Positions 39,188-52,000 of a DNA stretch of 64,000 nucleotides are shown here, one piece after another (positions within the stretch are counted from its first letter, which is position 1; the number at the start of each line of letters is the position of its first letter). The notes under the pieces are model-generated. The model did no database searches, was not told the origin of the DNA, and saw nothing but the letters and a program-made list of their open reading frames with translations. The stretch is taken from the NCBI GenBank assembly GCA_963769025.1, contig CAVYKI010000012.1, forward strand, positions 288,001 through 352,000, in the 5' to 3' direction. The DNA comes from an uncultured Verrucomicrobiae bacterium (GTDB taxonomy: Bacteria > Verrucomicrobiota > Verrucomicrobiia > Chthoniobacterales > Chthoniobacteraceae). The position numbers and the translations under genes were made by a program.

Positions 39188-39832
39188 CTAGTGCGCGCCG
39201 TTGCTGACGATGCGGCTGCCCACCGCGTAGCCGTTCTTGCGGTGGCCGTTCAGCGGCTTCGGAGTCTTCGTCTTGAAGAATTTCGTGACGAACATCGGCG
39301 GGACATTCCGCAGGCAGTACTCGCTCTCCGCATGGGCGAAATGGTCGCAGTGGCCGCGCGTGCGCAGCTCGTTCGTGACCTGATAGATGATGAACGCCGA
39401 GTGGGTCTGCGGCGCGAGCACCGAGTGGGTGTGGTCGAGGATTTCGCGCTTCTTCGCCTTGTCGAGGATGCTGAACGGGATGCCGGAGACGACGTAGTCG
39501 CAGTGCGGCAGGCCTTTCTTCGAAAGGACATCGGGAAGCCGAACGCAGTCCTCGTTGTGGACGCTGACGCGCGGATCGGACGCGAATTGCCTGCGCAGGT
39601 GCTCGCAAAGTTCGGCGTCGATTTCGAAGAGCATCAGGTGCGAGTCCGGGTGCATGCGCCGCGCGATTTCACGCGTGTGGCAGCCTTCGCCGGGGCCGAA
39701 CTCGGCGATCACCCGGGGGCTTGCGTGCTCCATTTTGTCCGAGACTTTGCGGATGAGCGTCTGGGAGCTCGGCATGATGGAAGCCACGCGCCAGGGGCAA
39801 CGTAGGAATCGTTTCAGAAAGAGTGCGCTCAT
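39188..39832 (-). CDS. Class I SAM methyltransferase, phospholipid N-methyltransferase (PmtA)-like
   Basis: [34 protein letters not shown]. Confidence 0.8.
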   Translation of the reverse strand: MSALFLKRFLRCPWRVASIMPSSQTLIRKVSDKMEHASPRVIAEFGPGEGCHTREIARRMHPDSHLMLFEIDAELCEHLRRQFASDPRVSVHNEDCVRLPDVLSKKGLPHCDYVVSGIPFSILDKAKKREILDHTHSVLAPQTHSAFIIYQVTNELRTRGHCDHFAHAESEYCLRNVPPMFVTKFFKTKTPKPLNGHRKNGYAVGSRIVSNGAH

Positions 39833-40015
39833 TTAGGCTTTGTGCCGGGGAAAACTGGCGCGGACTCTACCGGCTGGCGGGTGCATGGCAAGCGTTCAGA
39901 CGCGGGACGATGCGGTCGAAAGCCGCAAACCCGCAAGTTCGCGCACTGGCTCCGCCACCGCTGCGGCAGCGGCCAGGCACAAAAAGCGCGCGCCGTCGCA
40001 TGGCGGCATGGTCGC

Positions 40016-43000
40016 TTATTTGCGGGCGAGGCGGCTGCGGACCCCCGTGAACCGGCGGCGCTCGCGGTAACCGATGAGCGCGCACAGCGCGACCGCACCG
40101 ATGAGCGCCGTGGTCGCGGGCTCCGGCACCGGCACGATCTCATACATGGCTGCCAAACTGCACTTGCATGCCTTGGCCGAAGCCCGTGAAGTTGATCCCG
40201 GGGATGAGATTGCCATTCCCAAAACCGATATCACTGGTGAAAAGGAGGCGGCTTTGACCGTCGGCAAACGTGCCGTTGTCCGCCATCGTACCAATCCCGT
40301 AAGCGGAACCCGCCCAGTTGGCGATATTCAGGGTCGCTCCTCCCAGGGACAGCGTACTGAACACGAAGCTGTTGTCCGTCCCGCCGCCGAAGTCGAGGGT
40401 GGACGTTCCACTGAGCGTCAGCGACGCAAAGCTGTTCGTCACTCCCGTCTGCACGCCCACCGCGAGCGTGCTGCCGTCGGTGCCGGCGTAGGTCGTGCTG
40501 CCGGTGGTCCCGGTGAAGGTCTGGGCGAGCGCAGTCGGGGTTACCGTGCCGGTTCCGACGGTGTTGCTCGCAGTGCTGTTCAGCAGCATCGTGCCACTGT
40601 TATTCACCGCCGTCGTTCCGCTCAGGCTGCCGCCGGCCACCACTTCGAGCGTGCCGGTGGAGGTCACCGTGGTCGCGCCGTTGTAGGGGTTGCTGTTGCT
40701 CACCGTGGTCTTGCCGCCCGTGATGGTGAGGTCGGAGTTCGCGATTCGCACCGACGATCTGGCCGGTCACCGCGATTCCATTCGCGCCGCCATTGAGGGT
40801 GAGCGTGGTGCCGTTCTTGGTGAGCGTTCCGGAGAGCGTGAGCAGGCCGGTGCCGCTGTTCTGGATGGTGTCATTGCCGTTGCCGAATGCGGAAACGTGC
40901 TTGGCCAGCGTGGCGGCGCCGGTGCCGTTGTAAGCCAGCGTGCCGGAGGAAACGCCGGCCACACCGAGGTTCACCGCCGAGAACGCGGAGGCGGTGGACA
41001 CGGTCGTGTCCGCGTTCCCGCCGAGCGACTGGGTGCCGCTGGCCGAGGCATTGCCGGTGGAGAAGTTCAGCGTGCCCGCATTGACGAACGTCTCGCCCGA
41101 GTAGCTGTTCATGCCGGTCAGCGATGTCGTGCCGCCGGAGTTCGTGAAGGTGCCCGTTCCGGTCTGGATGGCGGCGTTGATCACCGTCGTGCCCGTGCTC
41201 GTGTTGGCGACGGTCAGGTTGGTGTTGCTGCCGGTGACGGTGCCGGCGCCGGTGGTCCCATTGACGGTCACCGTGTTCGCACTCGCATTCGTCCAGGTCT
41301 GCGCGGAACCGAGCACGAGATTCGCATTGAGCGTGAGTGCTCCCGAACTGGCATTGGTGCTGATGCCGCCCGCGCCGATGGTCAGATTGTTCACCGCAGT
41401 GCCGGCGTCGCCGATGGTCACGTTTCCGGTGGCCGCGTTCGTCAACGTGAGGCTCTTGATCGAGGTCGGCGCATTGGTGACGTTCGTGGTGAGGTTGGTC
41501 GCGGCCGGTGTGGTCGTGTTGAAGAACACATCCGTCAGCAAGGTCGGCGTAGCCTGGGTGTCCACGTCGGACGTGGCATCCGTGCGCCAGTTGGTCATGC
41601 CGGCGGTGTTCGTGTTCCAGTTTGCATCCGCCGTACCGGCCCAGTAGGCCGTGGTCGGAGCCGCGACGGTCACGTTGAGAGCGGTCTGCGTCGTGGTGTT
41701 CTGTGCCCCGGAGAGCGTCAGGGTGTAGGTCTTGCTGCCCCATCCACCGCTGAGGACGATGCTCGGGGTGCCGAGCGTGAAGTTGTTCGTGCCGGTGCCG
41801 ATGAATCCGCTGCCCGCATTGATGAGCGGGATGACGCCGAGCGGGATGCTCGTGGCACCGGTGAGGGCGTTCAGGGTGACGGTTCCACCCGTGGCGGCCG
41901 CGGCCCTGGAGGCAATGATGCGGTCGGCACCGGCATTGCCGATGTCGAAGGTCAGGGTCGTGGTGGCGGAACTCGTGGTGAAGCCCGTTCCCGTGCCGTT
42001 GCCCACGATGTTGAACGTGCCGATCGCGCCATCCACCATGGTGAAGAGGGAGCCGTTGCTCAGCGTCAGCGATGCACCGGCATTGGTCGTCGTCGCGTTG
42101 CCGATGTTGACGGTGTTATTCGTGGCAGGATTCGCTCCCGCCGCACTCACCGCCAGCGTCTGGCCGGAGGCCACCGTGATGGCGGTGTTTGCCAAGGTCG
42201 GAGTCTGCGCGGCGGTCTGGCCATTGGCCGGGTTGGTTGCCGTGGATCCGTTCTTCAGGGTCAGCGTGCCGCCGCTCACGGTGGTAACGCCGGTGTAGTA
42301 GCTCTGGCCGCTCAGGGTCTGGTTGTTCGTGCCGGTCTTGATCAGCGAGAGGTTCCCCGCCGTGGCCGCGACCAATGCGCCGCTGAAGTTGGCGTTCTTG
42401 GCGTTGCTGCCCGTGCCGATGGTCAGGGCGGCCGCAGGACCGCTGTTAGTGACGATGCCGCCGCCGGCGAGCGAACCAATCGAGAGCGCAGAGGCGTTCA
42501 TGTTGATTTGTGACGTGGTGCCCACGGTGTAGTCCGCGCCGTTGTTGCCCGCGCCGCCGAAAGCGTTGGCGTTGCCCATGGTGATCAAGCCACCGGTGAG
42601 CGTGACCGGGCCGGTGAAGGTGCTCGCCACGCCGGGCGTTAGGGTCAGGAGACCGGGGCCGGCCTTGGTGAAGCCGCCGGAACCGGTGATCTGGCCGGTG
42701 ATGTTGCTCGTCTGACTGGCAGTCGGGACGGTGAACGTCGGGGCCTGGCCGTTCAGGTTCATCGCACCGCTGAGGTTGACTGCGCTACCGCTGAATCCGT
42801 TTGCCAGAGTGAGATTGGTCGGGCCGGTAAAGATGGTCTGAAGCGCGATGCCGGTGTTGGCAGCGACGGAGGAAGCCAGGCCGATGTTGCCGCTGAACGA
42901 CAGAGCGCCAGCGGTACCAGTGTTCACGCCCAAGGCGGTCGCGTTGCCCACGAAGATCGAGCCGCCGTTGAGCGCCCATGTGAGCGAAGCCGCGTTGGCG

Positions 43001-46000
43001 TTCGGCAGGATGAGCGAACCGCTGCCGGTCTTGGTGAGCACGGCACCGGCGCCGTTCGAGGTGGTTGTACCGATGGCGTTGGTGGTGATCGCGGAGGCGA
43101 TGCTCAGGTCGTTGAGCGAACTGCCGGTGACGTTGATCGTCGTTCCTGTGGCGTTGCTGAAGTTCACCGTGCCGCCGGTGATCAGGGGAGTGAACCCTGA
43201 GTTGTCGTTGTTCACGCTGATCGCGGAGGCCGAGGAGTAATCCAGCAACGTGCCCACGTTCACCGTCGGCGCGGCATTGCCGCCCGTGTTGTTGATGGTC
43301 AGCGTCGTGCTGAAGCGGTTGGTGCCCACCAGGGTGAGGATGCCGCTGCCGTTGATGGTGACGGCGCTCGTCGAGGCGATCTGGCCCTGGTTGGTGTTCA
43401 TCGCCACCGTGGCACCGCCATTGATGACGAGGTTGCCCGGGATGACGATGGAACCCGGCAGGCCGCTCAGGTTGGTCGTGCCGCCGGCATACTGGTCGGT
43501 GGAGGAGTTGATCGTCGTCGTGCCGGTGTAGGCGTTGTTGATCGCGCCCACGGTGAAGGTGTTGGTGGCGCTAGTAGCCAGAGCGTTCTGCGACAGGGTC
43601 AGCGTGAAGCCGGTGGCATTCGTGCCGGCGACAGCGGTGATGGTGGTGCCGCCCGGGATGTTCGGGCCGCCAATGTTCATGCCGATCTGCGGAGTGAAGC
43701 CTGTGGCGAAGTTGTTCGCAGGAGTCGTCACGGAGTTGCTGCCGAGGGTGGTCGATGCGGTGGCAGTGAGGCTCGCCGGCGCGGCGAAGGTGATCTGTGC
43801 GGTCGCGGTATTCACCGTGGCGCTGGTGGCGGCGGAGAGGGTGATCACGTTTCCGGCAATGTTGGTGATCGTGGAACCGCCTGTGATTCCCGTGCCGCTG
43901 ACGGCCATGCCGATGAACAGGCCGGTGCTGTTCGGCACCGTGATGGTGGTCGAACTAATCGGGATCTGCGCGACGGTCAGGCTCTCGACCACCTGCGGCG
44001 CCAAGGTCAAGGTCAGGTTCCCGGTGCTGCGGGTCACCGAGAGGGCACCGCTGCCGCCGGACCAGAGGCCGGTGGTGCCGCTGAGGGTGGCACCGTTGTT
44101 CACGATCGGGGTGTTGATGGTCACCGTGTTCTGGGAGCCGACCTGCACAAAGAGGGTGGATGCCGTGTTGAGCGCGCCGGCCGTGAGGCTGCCGCCCTGG
44201 ATCGCAATCGCCTGGTTGTTCGAGTTGCTGACCAGGAGGCCGCCGCCTAACAGCACGAGCTGGTCGGTCGTGCCGTTCAAGCCCAGCGTGGTGGCCGCGG
44301 CGGGGTTGGTGAACGCCAAGGTGTTCAACGTCTGGCCAACGACGCTTTGGGTCGTCGCTCCCACACCGGCATTGGCCGCAGGGCCGCCGCCGAGCGCGCC
44401 GTAGTTCGCCGTGCCGTTGGTGTTCGGGATGCTGACGCCCGCCGTATTCGAGTAGGTCGCCCAGTTGAAATTGTTGGCGGTGCTGGAGACGACCAACTGA
44501 GGGCTGATGATGCCGTTCACCATGCTCGAGGCAGTGAAGGGCACGCCGTTCAACTGCGAGATAAAGACGCGGGCGTTGGCGGAGGTGAAGGCGCCCAAGC
44601 TGCCGCTAAACGGAGCCTCGATGTTCAGCGTTGAATTGTTGTTCACCACCAGGTTGGCAATGTTGAACGTCGGCGCCGAGCTGTTGGCGTTATTGCTGTA
44701 CTGGTTGATGTAAAACAGGTTCGATCCGCCGTTCAGGGTGACGGTGCCGAAGTTCTGGCTGCTCGTGGCCGAGGTGGAATTCACGCGGATGGCGCCGCCC
44801 GTCAGGTTCAGCGGGGCGCTGGCGGAGATGCGGGCGTTGTTGGTGCTCAGGCCCGTGTTATCGAGGATGAGTGCGGCAAAGTTGGCGTTAATGGCCGCAG
44901 TGCTCGCGATGCTCGCCGAGTCACGCAGGGTGATGCTGCCGCCGCGGATGGTGGTCGTGCCCGTGTAGATCTGCGGGGTGGTCAGGGTCATCGCCGTGTT
45001 GCCCGACTTGTCGAGGCTCAGGTTGCCGCTGAACTGGCCCGAGAAGACGCTCGCCGCCGCATTCGTGGAGAACGTGGCCGGCGTGGCACTGCTGTTGGTG
45101 ATGACGATGTTCGGGCTGCCGGCCGTGCCGCCGCCGTAAGGCAACTGGTTCGTGCTGGTCAGGGTGCCGACGAGCTGGTTGTTGCCGTTGAGGTCCACCG
45201 TGCCGTTGTTGACCGCCAGGTTTTCCGCGCTCGGTGCGCCGCCGCTGTTGATATAGACGTATAGCGGGTTCGTGCTGTAGGTGTAACCGCCCAAGGTGCT
45301 GGCGTTGGAGCCGGAACCGGTGCCGAGTTGCAGCGTGCCGCCATTGACGGTGACCGTCTGGGCGTTGTTGCTTGTGAGCGGCCCGTTGAGGACGAGCGTG
45401 CCGCCGTCCGCCTTGGTGAAGCCGCCAGTGGCACCGGTGATGATGGCATTCAGCGTCAGGGTCGAGCCAGTGAGGACGTGGTAGTCCGTCGTCACGCTAC
45501 CGTTTGCAAATGTGCCCGTCGTGATGTTGTTGCTGCCGGCCAGGTTCAGGACGCCGCCCGTCGTGCTATTCGTGAAGTTCAGCAATCCGCCGTTCGCGCC
45601 GAAGGGATTGGTCGCCACGATGGCTTGGTTGATGCCACCGCCGCTCTGGAGCGTGAGGGTGAGCGTGTTCGCGAAGCTGGCCGCAAAGTTGCCGGCCGCG
45701 AGCGTGTTGGCGGTCGCGGAACCGTAGGCCACGGTGCTGAGGCTCACGTTCGTATTGGCCGCAGTCGTCGTGATCAACGTGCCGGTAAGTTCCGTGCCTG
45801 GGTTCAGCGCACGGACGAGGCCTGAAACAGAGTCCACCGTCAGGAAGCTGGTGCCGTTGCCGCTGGCACTCGGATCCACGAGGATATCCGGGCGGATGCT
45901 CCGGGTCAGCGTGGCGTTGGCGCCGCCGCCGCCGAGCAAATTGGCACCCGGGAAGGTGCTTGCCGCACCGGCGGTCGCAAACGTAACAGCCGCGATATTC

Positions 46001-49000
46001 ACCCCCGCGGTACTGCCCAACCCGTCGCCGCGGATGAGCAGCGAGGTTGCAACGCCCTGGCCAGCGAAGGCCTGAAGCTGGACGTTCACGCCGCCCGTAC
46101 CGGCGGCGTTCAAGGTGACGATGCCGCCGCCGGTGAGGCCCATGGTGCCGAGGGCTTCGGTGACCGGCGTGCCGCTCGTGCCATTGATCGTCAGGTTGCC
46201 GCCCTGCATGTTGAGCGCGCGGATGGTCGGGGCCAAGGTGTTGGAGGTCGTGAAGAACGCTCCGCCGAGGCGGTTGTTCGTCGCGGTGGTGGCGTTGTCG
46301 AGCACGAGGTTGCCACCTGTGGGGAGCGTGTAAGTCTGGAAGCTGATGGCACCGCCGCCGGTGGCCGTGCCCAGGTTCACGATGCCGCTGGAGACGTTGA
46401 GTGTGCCGTTCGCGGTCGTCTGGGTGTTGTTGGTCAGGCTCCAGGTGCCGGTGCCGATCTTGGTGACGTTCAAGAGGCCGGTCGGGTAGGGGCTGGCGAA
46501 CGTGCCGGCGTAGGTGGTGGAGCTGTTGTCCAGGCCGGTGGTCAGGTTGCCCGCCGTGCCCTGCACGCCGTTCATGATGACCGCGGACGTGAGGCTGGAA
46601 GCGACCGAGCCGACCACCAGACCGCCGTAACCGGTGCCGGCATTGTTGCCGCGGGTATCGATGGTCGTATTGGCCGACATCACCACCGCGCTGCCCAGGA
46701 CGTTCGAGGCCGATCCAGTGCCGGTGCTCCAAGCGAGGCCGCCCGCGGTCAGGTTGAAGGTCGTGCCGACCAGATTCTGGCTCTGGCCGCCGAAGCCGAT
46801 GTAGCCGAGTCCGGTCTTGGTGAACGACGTGGCTGTCGCGAGGGCGATGTTGGCGTTGATGTTCAAGCCGATGTTGGCCGGGCTATATGTGGGGGCATCC
46901 ACATTGATGGTGGGCGTTGCATTGCCCAGGACGATGAACCCGTTGATGGTGGGAACCGTGAAGGTGGACGCCAGGTTGGTCGAATTGATGGTGCCATTGA
47001 TGGTCAGCGCACCGGCTCCGGTGAAGACCGTCGGGCCGTTTCCGCTGTTGCTGCCGCCATCATTGTTGAAGGTCAGGTTGTTGATCGTCTGCGTATTCGA
47101 CACCGTGAAGGCGTTCGGGCCCGGCGCTGAGCGTGCCTGAGCCCAGATTGAGCTGGGTGGCACCGTTCATGGTGATGTTCGCCGTCGGGGCAATTTGGTT
47201 GGCGAGCGACCAGTTGACCGTGGTCGAGTTGAACCCCAGCGAGTCCGCGCCGGCGCTGGTGCCGCCGGAGACGATGAGGTCGTTCGGGATCGCAGGCCCG
47301 AGCAGGCTGTTCAGGTTCAGCGGAGCACTGTTGAGATAGGTCGTGCCGCCGTAGGTGTTGGCGTTGGTCAGGATGATCGTTCCGCCCGCGGCGCCAGGGC
47401 CGGAAATGATGACGTTGTTGTTGGCACCGTTATCAATGATCTTGGAGTTGATCGTATTGTTGTTGGCACCGGCGTAGATGAAGAGGTCGTTGTTCGTCGC
47501 GCTGCCACCGTTGGAGATCGAGCCCGAGACAATCTGACCTGGGGTGGCGACCGAGCCGATCGCCTTGCCGTTGTTGTCGTTGCCGAAGAGGATGCCGCCG
47601 GACTGGACGAGAAGGGTATCGAAGGCGTTCGTGAAGCTCAACGTCGTGCCGTTATAGACGCTCAACGAATTGACGGTGGTGGTGGTCGCCACGTTCAGCG
47701 GGCCAGGGATCGTCGTGTTGGCCGATGTCATCGCGTTCACCCCTGCGCCGTAGGTGGCTGTGGGCTGGTATTGGAGGATGCGGACGCCCGCAGCCGGGTC
47801 ATACGTGGCGAAGCCGATGTTGGTGGCGGCGTTGCTGCTGGTCAGGCTGTTGACCGTGGCCCAGCCGCCGATGATGCCATTGGTGTTCGTGAGGCCGGTG
47901 ATGAAGTAGTCCGGGTCCGAGCCGGCGGTGTACGTGCCGGTGCCGAAGGTCAGCGTGCCGCCAGTGGCACGGGTGCCGAGGCCGCTGAAGGTGACCGATG
48001 CGGCAGAGCCCTGGCCGACATTCGAGACGTTGATATTGCTTGCGCCGGTTCCCAGGTTCAAGGTGCCGAGGCTGATGGCAGACGTCGGGTTCGAGCCGCT
48101 GCCGGCACGGGTGAGGAACTGGAGGCCGCCACCGGTGAGGGTGATTGGGGCCGTGGAGGAGAGACGGTTCGACACCGCCTGCACGCCCTGATCGTTCCAG
48201 ATGAGGGCCGCACGGGTGACGTTCACGGCGGTGGCGTTCTGGAACGTGCCCAGATCGACGAGGGTGGTGGCACCGCCCAGGATCGTCGCCGATCCGCTGA
48301 AGGTGTTCGGCGAGTTGACGGTCAGGGTGTTGTTGCCGTCGCGGACGAAGCTCAGCGCACCGCCGCTGGCCGCGCCGGTCAGGCCGATGGTGTTGCCGGT
48401 GATCGTGCCGATGGTCTGGCCGTTCGAGATATTCCCGGCCCAGGTCTGGTTTCCGTTCAGGGCCACATTCAGCGTGGCGGCCGTGGTGGCGCTGCTGTTT
48501 ATGATCGTGCCGCCCATGAGCTGGGTGCCGCTGCCGCTGCGGAGGTTGGCCACGGACTGCGTGGTGCCGTTCAGGTCGAGCGCGCCGCCGAAGTTCACCG
48601 TCAGGTTCTGGGCAGACACGGCTGCGCCGGAGTTACCGGGGGTGGGGGCGGTGTTGAAGGGCCGGAAGATGGTGTTCTGGCCACCCCCAAGTTTCAGCGT
48701 GCCGCCGTTGATGGTCGTATCACCCGTGTACACCTCCGCCGTGCCGAGGAGGAGCGTGCCGGCATCAGCCTTGGTCAGGCCGCTGCCGTTGCTGAAGATC
48801 GGGGCATTGACCGTCAGCGTCGTGCCTGCGCCGACGGTGTGGAAGATCATTTCGCGGTTCAGCGTGTTGCTGCCGGTGAGATACTGGTAACTGCCGCCGC
48901 TGTTGATTGTCGCGCTATTCAGGGCGAGCACGGCACCGCTGTCGAGTTGCAGGCCGGTCGCGATCGTGGTGACGTTGCTGGCGTTGTTCAGCGTCAGCGA

Positions 49001-52000
49001 GTTGATCAGCTGGGCCGCGCTGGCGATGCCAAAGCTGTTCGTCGCGCTGGTGGAGGAGATGTTCGCGTAGCCGGCAAGGCCAAAGACGAGGTTGCCCGCC
49101 ACAGCGGCCGCCGTATTACTGAGCACGATGGTCGTGCCATTGGTGATGCTCGCAATGGTCGTTCCGTTCGTCGGGATGGCCCCCGAAGAGACGCCTGCGG
49201 CAGTCACGCCCATGACGACTTGGCCGGCATACAGATTCGCGGTACTTGGAACGGTGATCGTCGTGGACGCTGCGGGAGTGACGGCTGCGAAAGTGGTCGT
49301 CGGGTTCGCGTAAACAATGGCCTGCGTGGTTGCCGTGACTCCGCCGTGGCGTTGGCGCTGATGGTGAACGTCGTGCCGCTGGCGATCGCGGTGATCACCG
49401 CGTTGGCCGGGATGCCGGTGCCGGTGATCAGCTGCCCGACGGACAGACTGGCCGTGCTGCCGACGGTGACCGTGGCGTTGGCGTTGGTGGTGTTGACGTT
49501 GAGCGCCGTGAGCGCCGGAGCCGCCGCGAGGGCGTTGTTCGCGTTGTTGGCGATCGACGAGACGCCGTAGATGTTGGACTGCAAGGCGCCGGTGTTGCCG
49601 CCGATGCCGCCGGTCCCGACGACGCCGTTGTAGCCGTTGTATCCCGCGAAGCCCGTGCCGCTGCCGCTGGCCGAGATGTCAGCCAGGGCCCACTGGTAGA
49701 TGAGGGCGTTCGGCGCGTTCCAGACGCCGGCCTGGCCGACCGCCTGCAGATTGTTGCCGCTGAGGCCCAGACTCGTGGCATTGCCGATGATGTTCGCCGA
49801 GTTGGCGCTGCCAGCGGTGAGCGTCCCGAGGCTGTCGCCGCGGAACAGCGCAGTGCTGGCCGCGCCACGGTTGAAGATCGAGGTGGAGGTGGACTGCGTG
49901 CCCGTGGTGATGCCCCCGGTACCGGCAGAGTTAAGTGTGATGGTGGCTCCGCCGATGCCGTTGGCCTGACCGATGTTGATGTTGCTGGCGCCACCGGTGA
50001 CGTTTTCCGTCACCGCGGTGTTGCCGTTTGCCAGGAGATTTCCGTTGATGACCAGGGTGCCCGTCAGGAAGGTGCCCGCCGGGGTGACCCAGCGGCTGTT
50101 CACCGCTGTGACGGAATTGTCCAGCGTGACCGTCGCCCCCTGGCGAATGATGGGAGCCGCGGTAAACGTTTCCTTCGCAGCGCCACTCAGGGTCACGCTG
50201 CCCGCCTGCACGTCGATGGTGGTGACCGCCGACGTGGCGTTGGTCAGCGTCAGGTTGTTGCCGCCGACCTTCGTGATCTGGAAGGCACCGGCGAACGTAC
50301 CGCTGAGGGTGATGCCGCCGTTGACGCCGGGTTGCAGGCTCGGGCCGCCGATTTGGGTCGTCGCGGCGAGGGTGATGTTGCCGGGATAGGTGGCTGGGGA
50401 GGCGCTGGTGTTGGTCAGGGCACCCAGGAGGTTCGCTCCGCCCTGGACGTTCACCAGACCGGCACCATTCAGCGTCAGGGGCTTGGCTGTCGTGACGGTC
50501 TGGCCGTTCAGATCCACCGAGGTGCCGACGGATCCCACCACAGCGTTCGTCACGCTGCTGGTGAAGCCATTGGGTCCGGTGAGCTGCACCATTCCGGAGG
50601 TGATGTTCAGGACACCAGTGAAGGTGTTTGTGTTACTGAGGATAAGGGTGTTCGGCCCCACCTTGTTCAACGGCGAGCCGGCGACCGAGTCCTGAATCGT
50701 GCCAAGGACACTGATGTTGCCGAAGCCACCGATGGAGGCGTTGACCGTGGCGGTTGCCGCACCGATGGAAAGTGTTCCGCCGACCGGGAGGCTGGCGGTG
50801 GTGGCACTGCTGTTGTAGAGGCCGGCAGGGGCATTGCTGCTCTTGGCAGCGGGGCCTGCGCCACCGTTGAGGATGATATTGCCGGTCGTGGACACCGTCT
50901 GGCCATTGAGGTCGAGGGTCACCGGGGTGGTGGTCGCCACGCCGATGGTAGTCGTGCCGGTGGTCAGGCCCGCGCCGTCCTGAAGCTGGACGAAGCCGGC
51001 GTTGATGTTCAGCGGGCCGGTGAAGGTCCCGGCGCTGGCACCGAGGATGACGTTGCCCACACCGGTCTTGGTGAGGCCGAACCCACTGTCCGTGACGCCT
51101 CCTGCGAGGACGAACGTGCCGGTGGTCGGGCTGACCGTCGCGCCTGCGGCGGTGATGGTCGTGGTCCCGGTGACGATGAAGGCGCCGTTGCCGGCCGAGC
51201 CCGCTGCGAGACCGGTGCCGTTGGCGACGGTGAGGATCGAGTTGTTGCCAAGGCTCAGGCTCGGGACGGCATAGTTGAAGTCCGTGCCCAGACCATCAAT
51301 CGTGGATGCGCCCGAGGCCGCGATGACGATCGGGTTGTTGAGGATGGCGGCATTCTGGTAGCCGTTCGCCGCGGTGTAGCTGGTCGAGTAGGCCAGATTG
51401 CTCAGCGCGATTGCCTGAAGCGAGCTGACCGGAGGCGTGCCGCTGAGGGTATTGGAAGCGGTATCCGGGCCGCTGTAGAGGATGAAGGCACCACCGCCGC
51501 CGCCTGCGTTGAAGACACGCTGAGTGATCTGGTGGGTACCCGCAGTGAGATTCACCGCCTGGAGGCCGGCCTGGCCGCTGATGCCTGTGGATTGCACCGT
51601 CTGCCCGTCAATGACGAGCTGATAGAAGTCATCATTTGCCTGGCCGAAGAAGTAGGTGCCGCCGGTGGTGACCGTCAGCAAGCCTTGGTACGTTGCGAGA
51701 GTATTGGTCAGGCCGCCGGTGTTGACGCCGGCGGGGGCATTCACAAAGAGACGGTCGGTGATATCGGCGCCTGCGAGAGTGCTGCCGGGGGCGACGCCGA
51801 AGTTGGCGGCGGCGAAAAGGGTGGTAGCCGCCGGTGTTGTAGTATTTCGCCGTCACACCGCCGAGGTGTATCCGGTGGTGTTCACGGAGCTGGAGTCGAG
51901 CGGCGAGATCTGCAGGGTGCCGCCGTCGTTGATCGTGATGGTGCCGGTGCCGAGCGGGGTCGTGCTCTGTGCCGCCGACGGAGACACGGACACTGTGCCG

